Assembly: GCA_964057225.1 (NCBI GenBank)
Contig: OZ059896.1
Location: 14,322,001-14,386,000 of the forward strand
Source: Auanema rhodensis
Lineage: Eukaryota; Animalia; Nematoda
Direction of reading: 5' to 3'
Length of the DNA stretch: 64,000 bases
The notes beneath the pieces are model-generated. The model was not told the origin of the DNA. It saw only the letters and a program-made list of their open reading frames with translations, and did no database searches. Shown here in pieces: positions 26,169-41,449 of this stretch (position 1 is the first letter of the stretch; the number at the start of each line of letters is the position of its first letter). Made by a program: the position numbers and the translations under genes.

Positions 26169-26799
26169 ATGCGTTACGTTTCCGCTTACTTGCTCGCCGT
26201 TCTCGGTGGAAATGCTGCCCCAAAGGTAATATATATTTTTTATTTTTTTTTTTGGAATGCTTTCTAGTATTGGTTGAGAAAAATTATTTATTTTCTACCA
26301 ATTTTTTCAAATAAAGTACTTATTTTAGTTATAGGTTGATGACCTTAAGAATATCCTCGCTTCCGTCGGTATTGATGCTGATGCTGAGACCGCTAAACTT
26401 GTCGTTTCCAGACTCCAAGGAAAGACCGTTGAGGAGTTGATTGCCGAGGGAGCCAAGGGACTCGTCTCCGTAAGTTATTTAATAGTATGGAACAAAAATT
26501 TTGCTCATTCAAAAGCACTGATTTTCAACGATCTTAGTTGTTGTCAGCCGTCAACTTGAGCGACATTAATGTTACCGCATTTGGGTGAGGCACTAGATAT
26601 GTATCTTTTGTCTCAATTTCGTTAAGACATTCAACCTTTCTAAAAATTAACTTTTTAGGTTTCTGGAGGAGCCGCCGCCCCAGCTGCTGCTGCTGCTGCC
26701 CCTGCCGCCGGAGGAGCTGCCCCAGCTGCCGAGAGCAAGAAGAAGGAGGAGCCAAAGGAGGAATCCGATGATGATATGGGATTCGGTCTTTTTGACTAA
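26169..26799 (+). CDS. RPLP2: 60S acidic ribosomal protein P2
   Basis: [19 protein letters not shown]...[11 protein letters not shown]...[14 protein letters not shown]. Confidence 0.97.
26501..26632 (+). ncRNA. Intronic H/ACA snoRNA in RPLP2 intron 2
   Basis: Two hairpins (GCTCA/TGAGC with CTGA/TCAG; AGGCA/TGTCT), H box ACATTA at 26563-26568 and ACA at 26627-26629. Pockets sit about 14 nt from the boxes and are complementary to conserved LSU rRNA segments GACG-UN-GCUUUU and AUUG-UU-CACCCA. Confidence 0.82.
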
Positions 26800-27139
26800 T
26801 TTGTTATATGAATAATTGTTTCATTAATTGTTAAGAATATACAATTTAATCAAAAACTGTACAGGGATACAAGAAAATACATATTTCATATTCTACAATT
26901 TATAATATTACTGAAAGAAACAGCTAATCATAACCAATAAAAGTTGTGCGGGAGGGGTTTCTTCTGTTAGCCTTTAGTTGATTCTAGAAATTTTCGGGTC
27001 TTGTCCGTAATTACTTTATTTTTCTGAAAACTAGCCGTGAGCATGAAAATATTTTCAAAGAATGTTAAATTTAAGTGATAGTGTACAAAGAACTGTTTTA
27101 CTATTTCCCTTTGAGCTGATCCTTTTTATTCAGATAAGT

Positions 27140-28348
<1,209 letters not shown>

Positions 28349-28481
28349 ATGATTCACTTATAGTTTCATAGTAATAAAGATAACAAAAATCATATTGTTA
28401 ATATTATATATTTGCCAGTTTGATCTGATTGAGTATCTACCAGAATTAAAAAAAAAAACATTTTAACCATCTTATATCAGA

Positions 28482-29752
28482 ATGAGGTTTTCAACGACTC
28501 AATTAGCTTTGAAATGGGACATATTCTCATCTGTAGTTCTTACTCGATATCCAGTAATTGCACCACCTATGACTACAGTTGAACAGAGGTTTTATTTGCA
28601 ATTTTGGTATCACACAAATAACATTTTTGAAGATATATGGCAACTCAACTAGCAATAGAAAGAGAAAGAAGTTTATTAAATGATTTTGAGCTTAAAACCA
28701 AAAAAGATGAAGAGTAAGTTTTATTATAAATAGTTATATTCTTATATAAATTTAAAAAGTTGAAAGTTTTAACTTACTTTTGATTTGTGAATGATGTGTG
28801 GTTGTTTGCGCACTTAAATGCAACCGCTTCTTCCTCTGTAACTTCGGAAAATGAATTAGTATGTGAATAACACTAGTTCTATGATCTATGTTCTGTTTTT
28901 GTTTATTCGTTCGTTCTCATTCAATTTTTTTAACTTATTTTTCGTATTTCAAGGAATTTGATTAGTTATTTAGGCTCCTCGAGAAAAGAGCTGCGTTAGA
29001 ACGTGAAGGTAAAGAACTCTCAGAACTTGATGGAGAAATTGGCATTACCAATGCTATGAACATTGACGATTGGACTAAAAAGGCATCATTTTTAGATTCC
29101 CAGTTAGTCATAAACCTTTCTTTTCTTTCTTCACATTTCAAATTTTATCCAGGTATAATTTGTCAAATCCAAAACATTATGAAGAAAAAGATGACAAAAG
29201 TCTTCGTAGATGTCTTGATCAGAAATTAGTTCTTATTGTTAAACAGAAATTTGGGGATCCTAAATACTCCAGTCCTTGGACATTACCCCAAACAAAGCAT
29301 AAAGATGGTGAAAGTCTTCGTCAGGTAGTCTGAATTGGTTTCAAGCTTTTCATGTTGTTTGCATGTTTTTAGACTGCCGAGCGATGTCTTGGCGATATTT
29401 CATCAGGAGACTTCCAGGCTACTCTGTATGGAAACGCTCCATTTTCTGTTCATAGTTACAAGTAAATATAACAAATTTTGTTTTTGAGCACATATTGTTT
29501 CACAGGTATCCTAAGCCACTGGCCAAAAAATTGAACGCTGACGGTGCAAAAGTGTTCTTCTACTCTGCATCACTTCATCCTAAGTCTCAATTTGAAGTAA
29601 ATAAGAACGAGGTGTTCAGAAATCATTATTTTCAAAATCATTTATTTTGTCCTCAGGTTACCGATCTCAAATGGGCCAATTCGGATGAATTCTGGTCTGT
29701 AGTTCCCGGCAGAAAATACAAAGAAGCAGTCCAGACTGCTCTCCTTCAGTGA
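28482..29752 (+). CDS. mrpl-46: Mitochondrial ribosomal protein L46
   Basis: KWDIFSSVVLTRYPVIAPP, SLRRCLDQKLVLIVKQ, WTLPQ..GESLRQTAERCL, GNAP and AKVFFY. Confidence 0.9.
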
Positions 29753-31084
29753 TGACTAGAGTTTTATATTGTTATATTTTCATAAAATGGATATCAATCA
29801 AAGATTATTTCTTTAGAGAAAAATCTTGTTTCTTCAAGTTGAAGGAAAGTTCCTATGTTTTCGTGCTGACAAAAATAAAAAGGAATATTCCAAGTTTTAT
29901 TGATAATTTTAAAAATGACGACATGTTTAAGAATCCTGGGATGACGACAAGAGTACAGTTAGATTTAATCACATGAGCAGAGTATTAAGAGGAGATTTAT
30001 ATATAATTATGTTTTTTCTATCAGAAAGATATTTTACAGTTGGTAATATCAAACAGTGTTCCTTTCTTAACTAGTTGGCATAGTTTCATTCTGCATCTCT
30101 CTCGTCCAGCGATACTCTCGTGCTGACGAACGAACAAGTTGTTTAGTATTTTGTTTGGTTCTAATGCGTTTCGATTAGACTAAAATCGTTTTCGAGTTCT
30201 GCTTTGATGTTGTATTTGTTCCCAAGATTCAACTGACCTCTCTAGGTACATGCTAGGAATCATCTGTCACTATCGTTAGTACTCTATAGCTAGACTATAG
30301 TTCCTTGATACATACGAAATAACTAACGACTAACTATTTCAGTAATTTTGACTTTTGTCTAAAAATGAGAATGTTAAAAAGACATTTGTACTTTTATTTA
30401 TTTTGCATAGATCGTATCAAGACAGTAATGGAGAACAGGCTAACTACCTGGCGTTGGGTAACAACCTGATTTCTAGGCCAAAACAGCCCAAATACCTACT
30501 CTTCATCTCCATTTCTTCTGTCGTATGCTCATCTTGGTCATTGTTTCCTTTTTTGCGCGTCATTCCTTCTATATTCCATCTTTGTGCGGACTTTCATGTG
30601 ATTAGAAACGGCTTATTCAACAAAGACTCATCGTCTATTTTTTTATTTCCGAATGTATTTCATTTGATGGCGTAATAGATATTCAGTTTTTTCTTTTTTT
30701 GGCAACTGAAGTGAAGAAACTGCTTGTTAATAACGAAAAGATTAGAAAAATCATTCTGATAATTTCTAATCCTGAAGGCTCAGCTATGTTTTCTCATCTA
30801 ATAAGTATCTTTGCTCTATTCCGCCATCTGATCTTGGATTTCTACCGCTTATTCCCGTTTCCATTTCTTGAACTTAATTCAACGCTTGATGTATGTTCCA
30901 AATTCTATAAGTCTTCTAGAACATTTTTTTGCAATTGTCATATGTTGTCTATGCCTTTTAGCAGAATTATGAAACATTCAACCAGTAGTTTGATACTGTC
31001 CTGTTCTTGTTTTAATCATGTTACACGAAGCTCTGTTATTAGATTGAATATGAAACTTGTTTAACTTGTCATTTCAGGTCACCA

Positions 31085-34000
31085 ATGTCAACGTTTTTTC
31101 TGAATGTACCCGATTCCGAATCAAAGCATCAACGAGAGCGAAGGTTAATAGTCTCAGAGGTGTTTCCATCAAAACAAAGTTTGCAACTTCAGGAAGAGCG
31201 ATGGATGCATTGTACAAGCATTCGTCTCTAATGGACTACGCTCTAAAGAGAAGAAGAAGCATAATCGTGAGAATCGTGACAAAAGCAGAGAGAAAAGGTT
31301 GGTTTTCTACCATTTTTTAAAAAAAAAACTTTCATGAACTTCCAATATTCCTTGCAGTGTTGATCCTGACTCGAAACATAAACGGTTCCGTTTATTTCCC
31401 AGTGGTTTGGATAATAATCTGATCGAAGTTCTAAGAAGAAACTACGATTTAGGTTTGTGAATTTGCGTTATTCTCGTACGATTACTTCATTTTGTTAAAT
31501 TCCTTGACCGATAGCTAATACCCCTATCATTAAACTGCTGCAAACAATAGAAACTCAAGTTCTTTGTACTTTGAAAACTTCGAACAAAAACTTGAATTAC
31601 CTATCCAATTTATCCACTGCATGTCCCTAACGAAACAAAGACAATGTTTTTTTGAAGATTTCCAAACTAAATGACGATAGATAAAACATTTTCGCTTCGT
31701 ACCCAACTGCTATGTACACTATGAAGAGAAACTTCAAGGCAACCATCTGATTGTCATTTTTTCTCTCTTAATCAGTAGAACTCATCTAAATATCTAGAGG
31801 AATGGAGGTGCAAAAGAGAGTTCCACTAGTTTCTTCCGTATAATTACTAGCAACCAAGAAACTCATAAACAAGATAACTTCTGTTCTCCCTTTCTCTCTC
31901 AGTCTCTACCTCTTTCTTTCTTTTACATATTTTCTCTGTCTCGGCGTCTTCTTTTCACGTTTTTCTTAAATCCTCTTTATGGTGAAATGAAAATCAAAAG
32001 GCAAACAAGTGGTGGCAGATATTGCAGATAAGATCGACAGTGACACGAGGCTTTCCTTGAACTGTTGTCTCTTGAAAAGCTAGAAAATTCAAAAACAGCT
32101 TGTTAACATAGAGATTGATCGTTAGCTCTTCATAAAACGATAACAGGGTTGGCTATGACAGAAGAAGTGAAACCTAATTTTCTCTCACTCATCGCCATCA
32201 CCTCATTAGTTTATAAAAAAGGCCGAAAGTCATATTCACTTCTTTCTCTTCGCTTTCCAATGTTCCCAGAAATACTCATTATGCTATTGATAACTATAAT
32301 TTATATAAAACCTACTACATAGAGCATAATATATTTTCATCATACTCTAATTCATTTTCACAAAATTTTCAAAACGGGACCCATTAGAGTGGGAAATTCA
32401 TGGAGACTCATTAGATTTTCAATTTACTTTTCGAAATAAATTAAAGGAGAAAGAAACAGGTGCAGAACACGTCTCATATGATTCAAAAAATGGTCATTTG
32501 TTGATTTCCCTTCGCTTAATTGTGATTAGACCTCAACTTTCGGTTGTTGCCTTCTTCTATTCTTATTCGTCCTACTTTTCTCCAGCTTTTGACACGACTA
32601 CACTGTCGCTAACCAATTTGAAGAAAGTGAAGCTGATACCTTCATTTAATCATCGGCTAGACATATAGATGCTGTCCTTGTTTCTCAATGTCTCTCGGTT
32701 CAAGCGTTTTTGAACTGTCCAATTGTCTTGTTCCATGCCACTATGACCTTGCTGCTTCAATATCGAGGAGAGGAGGTTCATCTCCTCTTCGTCACAATGC
32801 GATGAAATGACGATTTCATGCTATTTGTAACTTTTATATTTGAAATTTGATTTTATGTTCTTGAGGAACGATACTAGTTCTATCATCTCTTTTCATTGTA
32901 TCCCTCTTTGAAGAAAATCTACCTTTTGCTATTTCAAAGTGAAAAAAGGTTTCTATTCTTCACATGGCTGCGCGGCATTGCTAAATATCAGCTGGATTGC
33001 CTAATGCAGCTATAATTCTATATTTTTACGTCAGTGCCTTTGTAATTCACGTCTTTTTTTTAAATAAAATAAATCATGTTGACTATGATTCTATGGATGA
33101 GACTGTCGGAACAACGTGGGAAACTGATGAGATGGTTGCAGGACGAAAACGCATCATCCAAGGCATTGTAATAGATTTCTGATGAAAACATTCTTCGTTT
33201 TTCTGTTTCTTTTCATTTATCCATCTGTCTGTCGTTCATTTCCTCTTATTTCATTTTCATTTATCTCTCTCACCCCCCCCCCTCTCTCCCCACACCATAA
33301 GCAAATTGAAAGAAGCTTTTCCTGTTTATTTGGTCTTTTTGTTGATTATGATTGAAAACGCCAAATTATTCCCTTTTTTGTGCTAAAAAAATTATTTTTA
33401 TCAATTTCAAATATTTTTTTCGGGATGTCTTCTGGAAGAAGATCATTGGTTCGTTATTTCGATATTCTGAAGTTCGTCCTCGACGTGCTTAGACTATTAA
33501 TGTATTGTATATGTTCTCAACTGAAACCTGAACTGTCTAGCCTTATCATCATTTATCCTACCCATTCATATTTTCAAACGTCACATACTGTCCCAAACAA
33601 TTAAGGTTTATTCTACTTATCGAACGCCTCTATATTTGAAGTAACCCTTTCTGGTAATTCTTGTCAATCATGATATGATTATTTCCTTTATTCTTTGTGT
33701 CAACCCACGCCTCCCAATTGGACAATGTTGGGTCAGCTTCATTCCTTCATGAAGAAAACTGTGCGTGTTCTTCTTTTTTGTTATTTTTTAGACAAAACGT
33801 TTTTTTTATTCAACAATGACCAGTAAAATTGAAGGTACTAATGCAGACATAAACTTTGATCTTTACCAGCATTGAAAGGTGCTGATATATCTGATGCCAA
33901 AAATGGTAATGACCTTCTTCTCCTTGTATGGTTGAATGAAAGCTGCTGCAGATGCTTCAAATGGACCGGTTCATTCGATTGGATACTTCTCTCTTACACT

Positions 34001-37000
34001 CACTACCACGATTAGCGCAGATTGCGTAACCACATATTTTCTCAACTGAAAATTCTGATGTCTCGTCTTTTTTGGCTAACTCATTCAACCTTCATCGCAT
34101 TTACATATTAATCTATTTTCACGTATTGCGTCAGCAGATCAAGAACTGCAACTCATTTTGCATGCTACACGTACCACAAACGGTTGCTCTTCTTTTTAAT
34201 TCATCACCTCTATCTCTTCCTTCATTTCCTCTTTCTTCTTTCTCTCAATTCCTTATTTTTCCTTTCGTCCACAAATCTTCCGCCGTATTCACTTTCGGTG
34301 AAAACCCTCATATACCTACGTCAATATCTGCCACATCCGGCGTGATTTTACTCACAGTTCCGTAATCCATGCAACTAATGCCTCATTGTCCTTCAATGTC
34401 TATGCATCTGACTATCCGTTTCATTTCAAATCGTTCGCAGTATGTTTCTTATACTACAAATTTGCATGCTATTGACAGATTTTTGGCTGTATCTGAAGCC
34501 CATTTCAATGAAAAACTCTTGATTTTGAATTTTAAATATATACTATTATAACTAATTCATAATTTTTATTTTTAAAGTCGCAGCTGCCTATATCTCAACC
34601 ATGTCTATTATGAAATCTAAGAATTTTTTTTTTCGTAAAAATTTAATATTAAAAAAAAAACAAAGTAAAAATTTTAAACTATGAATGTTTATATAAGTAA
34701 TTTTCTAATCAAAATATAGTTTAATGTTAAAATACCTAATTACAGTATCAGCCTTAGCGGATATCGAGAGCAACGAGGATCGTCCGGCTACTCCAAAAAA
34801 GTAAGTATTTGTAATCACTTATCATCTATATTGATTGTATTCTATCTTCTATCTATCTCTCGATTTTGAATGTTAAATATCTTTCATTACAAGTACAATT
34901 AGATTCGTTATGATCAAAAGTTCATTTAACCAAATAATATATGTTTGAGCACAAAAGACCCGCGAAATTTGAGAAAAAGAATTCGCGGCCAAGTGATTTT
35001 GATGAGAGGAAAACATCATTATCTGCAGTATTATTATTATTATCATCATTCCAGTTGGTGATTTTAACATATAATAAGCACCTTGTTCGTATTTTGAGAG
35101 CGTTGCAATCAATTCTGAAGTTGCCACCACTTTTCTTTTCTTTTTCGAACAACGGTTTGACGTTACAATTAGATAATGTCGCCTTATATTTCGCAAGGAT
35201 ATCATGAGGTAAAATCCTTATCTGATGTACCATATGAATCTTCGAGACCAGTTCGTGTAGACTGATGGTTCATTCATCCTGCAATATCGATGTTCTGACC
35301 TCGCAATTTATAGCCTGCCCTCTTTATCTACGCCGCCGATGTAGCTTTTTGAAAATCATTTGAATTTTTTTCTCTTTCAGAATGAAGGGCCCCATACCTC
35401 GAATTGAGACGGACGACTCTCCACGTCCGCTCATACTTCGCCAACATAATCCTTATAAGTATGAGTACGAAACTGCTTCCATATCTTCAGCGGAGTCAGC
35501 AGGTAAGTACATCTGTTTCACTATTCTCAGAGCAAGATAATATTTCTCCTTATACGTTCAGCTTCAGGTGGTTCAGAAGATATCCCATGTTCCAAATGGG
35601 TATGGTTGAAACGAGAAGTTCGATTCTTCCTTCTAGACGTAGTAGATGCTTTGGAAACACCTGGGGAAACTATGCCCTCTATTAACGTTGAAAATTCTAA
35701 ATTATCAGCTATAGCTCTGAAGCGTGATCTAAAGAGATGCTGTAAGACTATTTACATTTTCGTATCAAAGTACGATTTGCTTCTTCAGATTCTGCTCTTC
35801 ACCCGTTTATAGAAGTTGGTGCTGCACTCTATGACTTGCTGTTGTGGAAGAGTCCAATTTCCACACTACTTCTCACACTGGTAAGTGGATCTTCGATACT
35901 TACGTCTAGAAAAATATTAATTTGAAGGTTTATTTCTTTTCAATTATTCGTGGTTGGACAGCAGCACTAGTTCTCTTATTATTACTTTTCCAATTATCTT
36001 TAAATTATCTCAGTTCTGTGAAGTAGGATTTTCCACAAGTGCTATTTTAAATTTTTTTCTCAGAAATATCGATATTGGTTTGTCGTTTTTGCCGCGAAAG
36101 GAAGTACCGCTGCCTCGCTTCGATATTTCGGGGGCTCAGCTTATCTTTGATATAGCCAAGGTTGCCCAACAACTTCTTCGATTCAGCGCTGATTTTCTCG
36201 AGAAATTACACAAGTCTGTATCTTTTGCTGAATACAAAGAATATCTATCTTTTACAGCTTGTTGACATGGAAAGAAGAACGAGTAACTGTGAAATTCTAT
36301 TACCTAGTCATCTACTGGCTTGTTCTCTCCATGGTTTTCAACACTGGAACCTGTCTAGGGATGTGTGGTAAGTGTCTAACTACCGGATGTTTTTCGATAT
36401 GTTCTGACCTGTCTCTATAGGCCTTGCTCTTGGAGTTCGTATCTTTATTACAACTTACCTGTTCGAACGATTCCCACGTCTTCGTAAACGCCTGGACACC
36501 TTTGGCTGGTTCTATCGTAACTTGCCTATCAAGAACCCACAGTCTCCCGTTAATGTTCCCAAGATTGATGAGGATAGATGTGTATGTTGAATAAAACAAA
36601 AGGTGTTGTTTATTATGATAGTTACAGACTACACCTGGAGCATCGCGGAAATCCACTGGATATGGAGAAATGTTTACTTCAAGATTAGGCTCCAATTTCA
36701 ATTTGGACAAGGGGGGGCTTGGAAATACTCCAACTATTTCTGATGCTGTAAGTAGATGTGTCAAATTCGTTCGAAGAATTGATGCCAACTAGAATTTAGA
36801 GAAAAAAAAGATTTCAATATCTCTTCAGGATACCAATATTCGGTTGGCTGAGTGCGGCTCATTCTCACAAAATTCTTTGTCAGATGGAAGAGATGAGAAG
36901 GATGACAGCAGCACAGAAGAAGATCCCATGATTGACAACGTTGTTGCATGTAAGGTTTTCGCTTTTCATAAAATTCGATCCTTCTTGATAACATTTATCC

Positions 37001-37470
37001 TATCTCGCGATCTTCGAATTTAAATTTAAATTTTGCAGTCCGCAGTTGTGTTATGAACGAGAAAGACAAGATATTCCCAAAAGGTATCAGTACTGGTATT
37101 CTCTACTTAACAGACGCGTAAGTTTCGAAACTTGATAAATGAAGATAATTTTTTAATTTTAAGAGCTTTGATTTTCCGATCTAGAACAGGGAATGATGAC
37201 AAGCCTATCATGTTCTTGTTTCATGACGTCGTGTCTGTGAAGAAAGTATGTTTAACTACAGTCATTTTCTTTTTTATACTTGTGATTTAGATACACTCCC
37301 TAAGTTCCATGTCCTTGATTGCTGGTACCCGCAAGGGTATCGAAATCTTGGTTGCTGGAAGAAGGAAGCCTCTCCAGTTTATTGGCATGGCCCAGAGAGA
37401 TGAATTTGTTACTCACATGGAAGAAATGTGTGTCAGATCTGAAGCAACCACACACTTCATTGTAGATTAA
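31085..37470 (+). CDS. GRAMD4-like membrane protein with C-terminal GRAM domain; alternative first exons (ATG 31085 and 33816)
   Basis: Core exons 35381-37470 give LLLWKSPISTLL, LEKLHNLLTWK, YLFERFPRLRKRLDT..WFYRNLP and the GRAM-like GILYLTDAALIF. The upstream exons join in compatible phases. Confidence 0.72.
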
Positions 37471-38841
37471 TTCAGTTTTTTAACTTTTTTCTAATTATTT
37501 CTGCATGCTCTAACCTCAAACCAATGTTCTGTATATACCGCGTTGCGGGTTTTTATTTACCAGATTTTTTGCCTTCTAGTCCATGGTAGAACTTAAACAC
37601 CACCATTCAAGAGTGCCTAAATGCTTTACTAAGCTGTATATAATGCATTTTACGAGTTTTCTTATTCTCAATATATATTACTATTTGAGATTTGTATTGA
37701 ATACATTATATTTGAAGCGATGTATATAATTTTTCTCTTATTTTTGATCATGTGATGTGTGAACTTGCTCAAGAAATACAGTTTCATCCTATAAAGTTTA
37801 CAATCTGACTATGATTTATTGGAATATATGCTGACAAAAAATACTGTGGAAATAATTAAATGGGCTACAAATCTAACAACGGCATTGAATAGTCTTAGAA
37901 TAACTTCATCTTATGACCATTTAGTGAAAAGGGCATTTGTGACAAGTTCATAATAGACTAATTCACATATTTTGGAATTCGGAGCTACTGTTAAAATAAA
38001 AAAGGAAAAAACAAACAAACGCGTGTCTAAAATGAAACAGGCTGTTATTTTAGGTTACAATTTGCAAAAAAAACTTGGAAAATATTGAAAAAACGAATAA
38101 CAAAGATAAACCGGTTAAAATTTTAATACTAAGATCACTATAGCTACAGACCAAAGAATCAAATTGAAAGATAAGTTTTTAAAACTACATACATGGCATA
38201 GTCTTTGACGTTTAGTGCATGTCACGTGTGATTCAGAAGACGATCTTTGATTTTATAGTAAGTGCAACACATTATCGATAAATATTGAGAAATTTAATGA
38301 GAAAAATAATTTTTTTTAATTCTATCTGTCTTAAATGGTGAACAACCGGCTCATGAGTTCTACAAGAAATAAATGAATAGTTAACATAAAGAACTTTAAG
38401 TAGAATTAACCTTCCAGCGTCTCTATGGTTGAAGGAAAACTAGGAATTAAAAGAACTTTATTTTTCACTAAAATTTATATGTGAGCATAGTAGAAAGCCA
38501 TTTTGGAAAACGCGAGAAAAAGCTAAATTAAAAGATGAAAAATGAAATTTTGTAAATAATTTCAATTAAAAATACTTTAACAAATATAATTATGAATTTG
38601 GTTTCTGGCTATTTTTAATTTTGAAATTTTTATTCAAATTTTAATGCGGATGGCCAGAAACTTTTGCGCACACCTAATATTATTTCATGTTAACTAGAAG
38701 CCACGAATTTGGTGAATTTAACGAGAACTCACGTATCAAAAAATATTTTCCCCCTTCAAATGAATAAGCAGTGGAAAACTATTTCATAGAAAATTTGTTT
38801 TGAACCTTGTTTCATTTCAAATTTTAAATTCATTTAGGTCG

Positions 38842-40471
38842 ATGTCAAGTATTTTACAAAGTCGAAAAGTTGAATATGAATGCGGATGTGGTGAATGGTG
38901 GCCATTGTGCAATTTATTTTTCTGTTGTCATTGTTCCAAATCCCGGTAGCTTTTGATTATAAATACATTATTTTTATAACTTCAAATATTCAGATGCCAT
39001 AATTGTGCATATGTAGAGATTGATCAAATGTTTTGTTCGAATTGCTTAGAAACAGTTCCTCCCGGTGAAGCCCGTTTGAAACGGAATCGTTGTCATAATT
39101 GTCATCAATGCCCAATTTGTGGTAGAAATGAAAAGTTCTTGCACGTTCTATAAATATTTTTATTTCAGAGGCTATTCTATATGTAAGGGCTGTAGGTGAG
39201 AGTACTTTCTTGACATGTGGAACGTGTCGATGGTCTACTAAAGATAGTGATATCCCTTTCCAACAAACAAGTGTTAATTGGCCTATGTAAAGTAATTTCT
39301 ACTGTACTAAACCAATTGTATTTCTTACAGGCGTGATAATGTATTAGAGAAAGAATTGAATCTAGTCGAAGAGCAATTACGTGGTTTTGCTTTGATTGAA
39401 AAATCAAAGCGCGATACCATGAAATTCAGTAAAAGGTTTGATATTTCCTTTCTCTTTCGCTAATTGCCTATTATTCAGACGTTCGACAAACTTGGGAGTT
39501 ACACTTACTGATCGATATAACTTACAATTGTCTTATCAAAAGCGCAAAAAGGCAATGGATAAGCCAACTATTGAAGCTCCGGTCCATGAAGCTACTGACC
39601 AGGTTGGTATAGTAGTTTAAAATTCAACAACAATGTTTTTGTTTTCAAAGACTCCAATTTTGAATATCGATGAAATTTGTTCTCAAGTTGATCCTATACT
39701 ACCACTTGAGACCCTGATACGTCAACCTCTGGATCATAATAAACCATTGAGGCCTATTCGAATGGCATTAACACCGAGAAAAGCCATTAGGTAATTCATT
39801 TTTGAATTTTTAAAAATTTTAATTGCTTGTGCAGATGCAAAGATTGCGATCATAATGTGATCAAATTAGATCATGGTCCTTGTGCTTTAAAATATAAAGT
39901 TCAGGTAACGGATTATTCTTGTGCATTCTTAAATAGGGCTTATTTCAGTACTTTGCTCGAAACTACATTCCCGAGCTGAAACTCTCACGACAACCTGAGC
40001 TTCTTACTGAACAAGCATCAATAATTTTGTTATCCATTGCTAATCAGAGTATGGATAAGATTGACGTTTGTGTTTTATATTTTTGTATCAAACCTAAGTC
40101 TGTCTTACGTTTAGATTAAAATTTCACCTATTAATTCTCCTGAGTATGCTGAATGCAAAATGGAAAGCATCGAGCTCTCTTTACCCGCTGCTGATGAAGC
40201 AGCTGATCTGTGCGATACTCCGATTCCTACTGCTAAGCCCGATTCAAGGCAATAATATTAATTTTTCTAAATATTCTCAATTGATAATTTCAGTACGGAT
40301 CCCGTAGTATTCCGACGTCGACATCGAGCGGGAATCCGAGTTGAAGCTAAATGTTTCTCTAAAGCCATGTTAGGTGTTCAATTATTCTATAAAAGCGAGC
40401 TACTGTCAATGCAATCGGAGAAAGCTCCTCCTGAATGGTTAACTTCCAACGTTCGTATTCATCTGGATTAG
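38842..40471 (+). CDS. dnc-4: Dynactin subunit 4 (p62)
   Basis: LFFCCHCSKSRCHNC...EIDQMFCSNCLE...EARLKRNRCHNCHQCPIC, CGTCRWST and RCKDCDHNVIK; one GC-AG intron. Confidence 0.9.
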
Positions 40472-40533
40472 ATGGTTTAATGTAGCATAATATATAATTT
40501 ATTTAGCAACAATCTAAATAAAAGTCTAACTAT

Positions 40534-41041
40534 TTAATTTTCTACTACAGCTATTTTCTTTCTATCGGCACCGGTCAAATTGAGCTCTTTTCTTATTCTT
40601 TCACGTTCTTCCATTTCTTCTTTTCTTCCCATAACAACAGTAGATTTGACATAGACAAAAGCACTGAATCCAAAGATAATGATAATACCGTAAGCAATCC
40701 AAGTATATCTGTGGTTGTTATCTAATCCAAGTTTATCAACCATCTGAAAATCAACCGTTATGCATCTATTTCTGATTTTTGTAACCTCTGATCTGTATGC
40801 CCAGGTTTGTTTTTGACCATCAATTACAAATTCACGGACACTCGCTTTCTGACGAATTTTCTCTTCAAGTAGATCCATGTTTCTAAAAGCTATCATTATA
40901 TAAATATAATACGAGAACATACGTGATATCTCTTTGATCTTCCGTTCTTACTAGTCTAGGGTTGGATTCTTTCGAACTGTAAAATCGGGAGCAAAAAACA
41001 GCATTATTGCGAGCCAATGTACTCCGTAAAGCTACATTCAT
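40534..41041 (-). CDS. Small mitochondrial single-pass membrane protein (DUF4748-like)
   Basis: Arg/Ser-rich presequence, TM segment WIAYGIIIIFGFSAFVYVKS followed by RKEEMEERERIR; 3 exons. Confidence 0.6.
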
Positions 41042-41449
41042 TTCTGCAAAAAAATCAAAATAAAGCCTGAATACAGCACAGTTTAAGTTGAGAAAATACA
41101 CTTGAAATATATAAAGTATACACAAAATGAGGCGTAGCTGATTGAGAAAGTTCACGTTATGTCTTTCTGTACTGCGTACTGCATCTGAAAGCTTCCGTTG
41201 CGAAGCTTAGTTCGTTGTATATTGATGTTTAAAGTAATTTTATTTTTCTGGCAAACAATTCAGCTATATTAACAAATGAAAAAATAATTTCAATTATGTA
41301 ACGTATATCACGTGCTAATATATACCTTTTATTATTTTTTTAAATACGCATCTGAGCGGTTGAAACATTAAATTATATCCAACTCTTCCTACTTCGTAAT
41401 TTTATTCCAGGATGCCTGAATAAATTGAAACTATTTCTTTCTGCTAAAA

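Noticed and set aside
30100-30335. Several hairpins upstream of the GRAMD4-like gene
   Set aside because: No box motifs or strand bias; cannot be distinguished from cis-regulatory DNA or chance.
34873-35233. Three overlapping ORFs of 88-110 aa within a GRAMD4-like intron
   Set aside because: No recognisable domains or compatible splice sites; low-complexity AT-rich sequence.
36312-36788. 158-aa minus-strand ORF, the longest in the ORF track
   Set aside because: Antisense shadow of GRAMD4-like exons.
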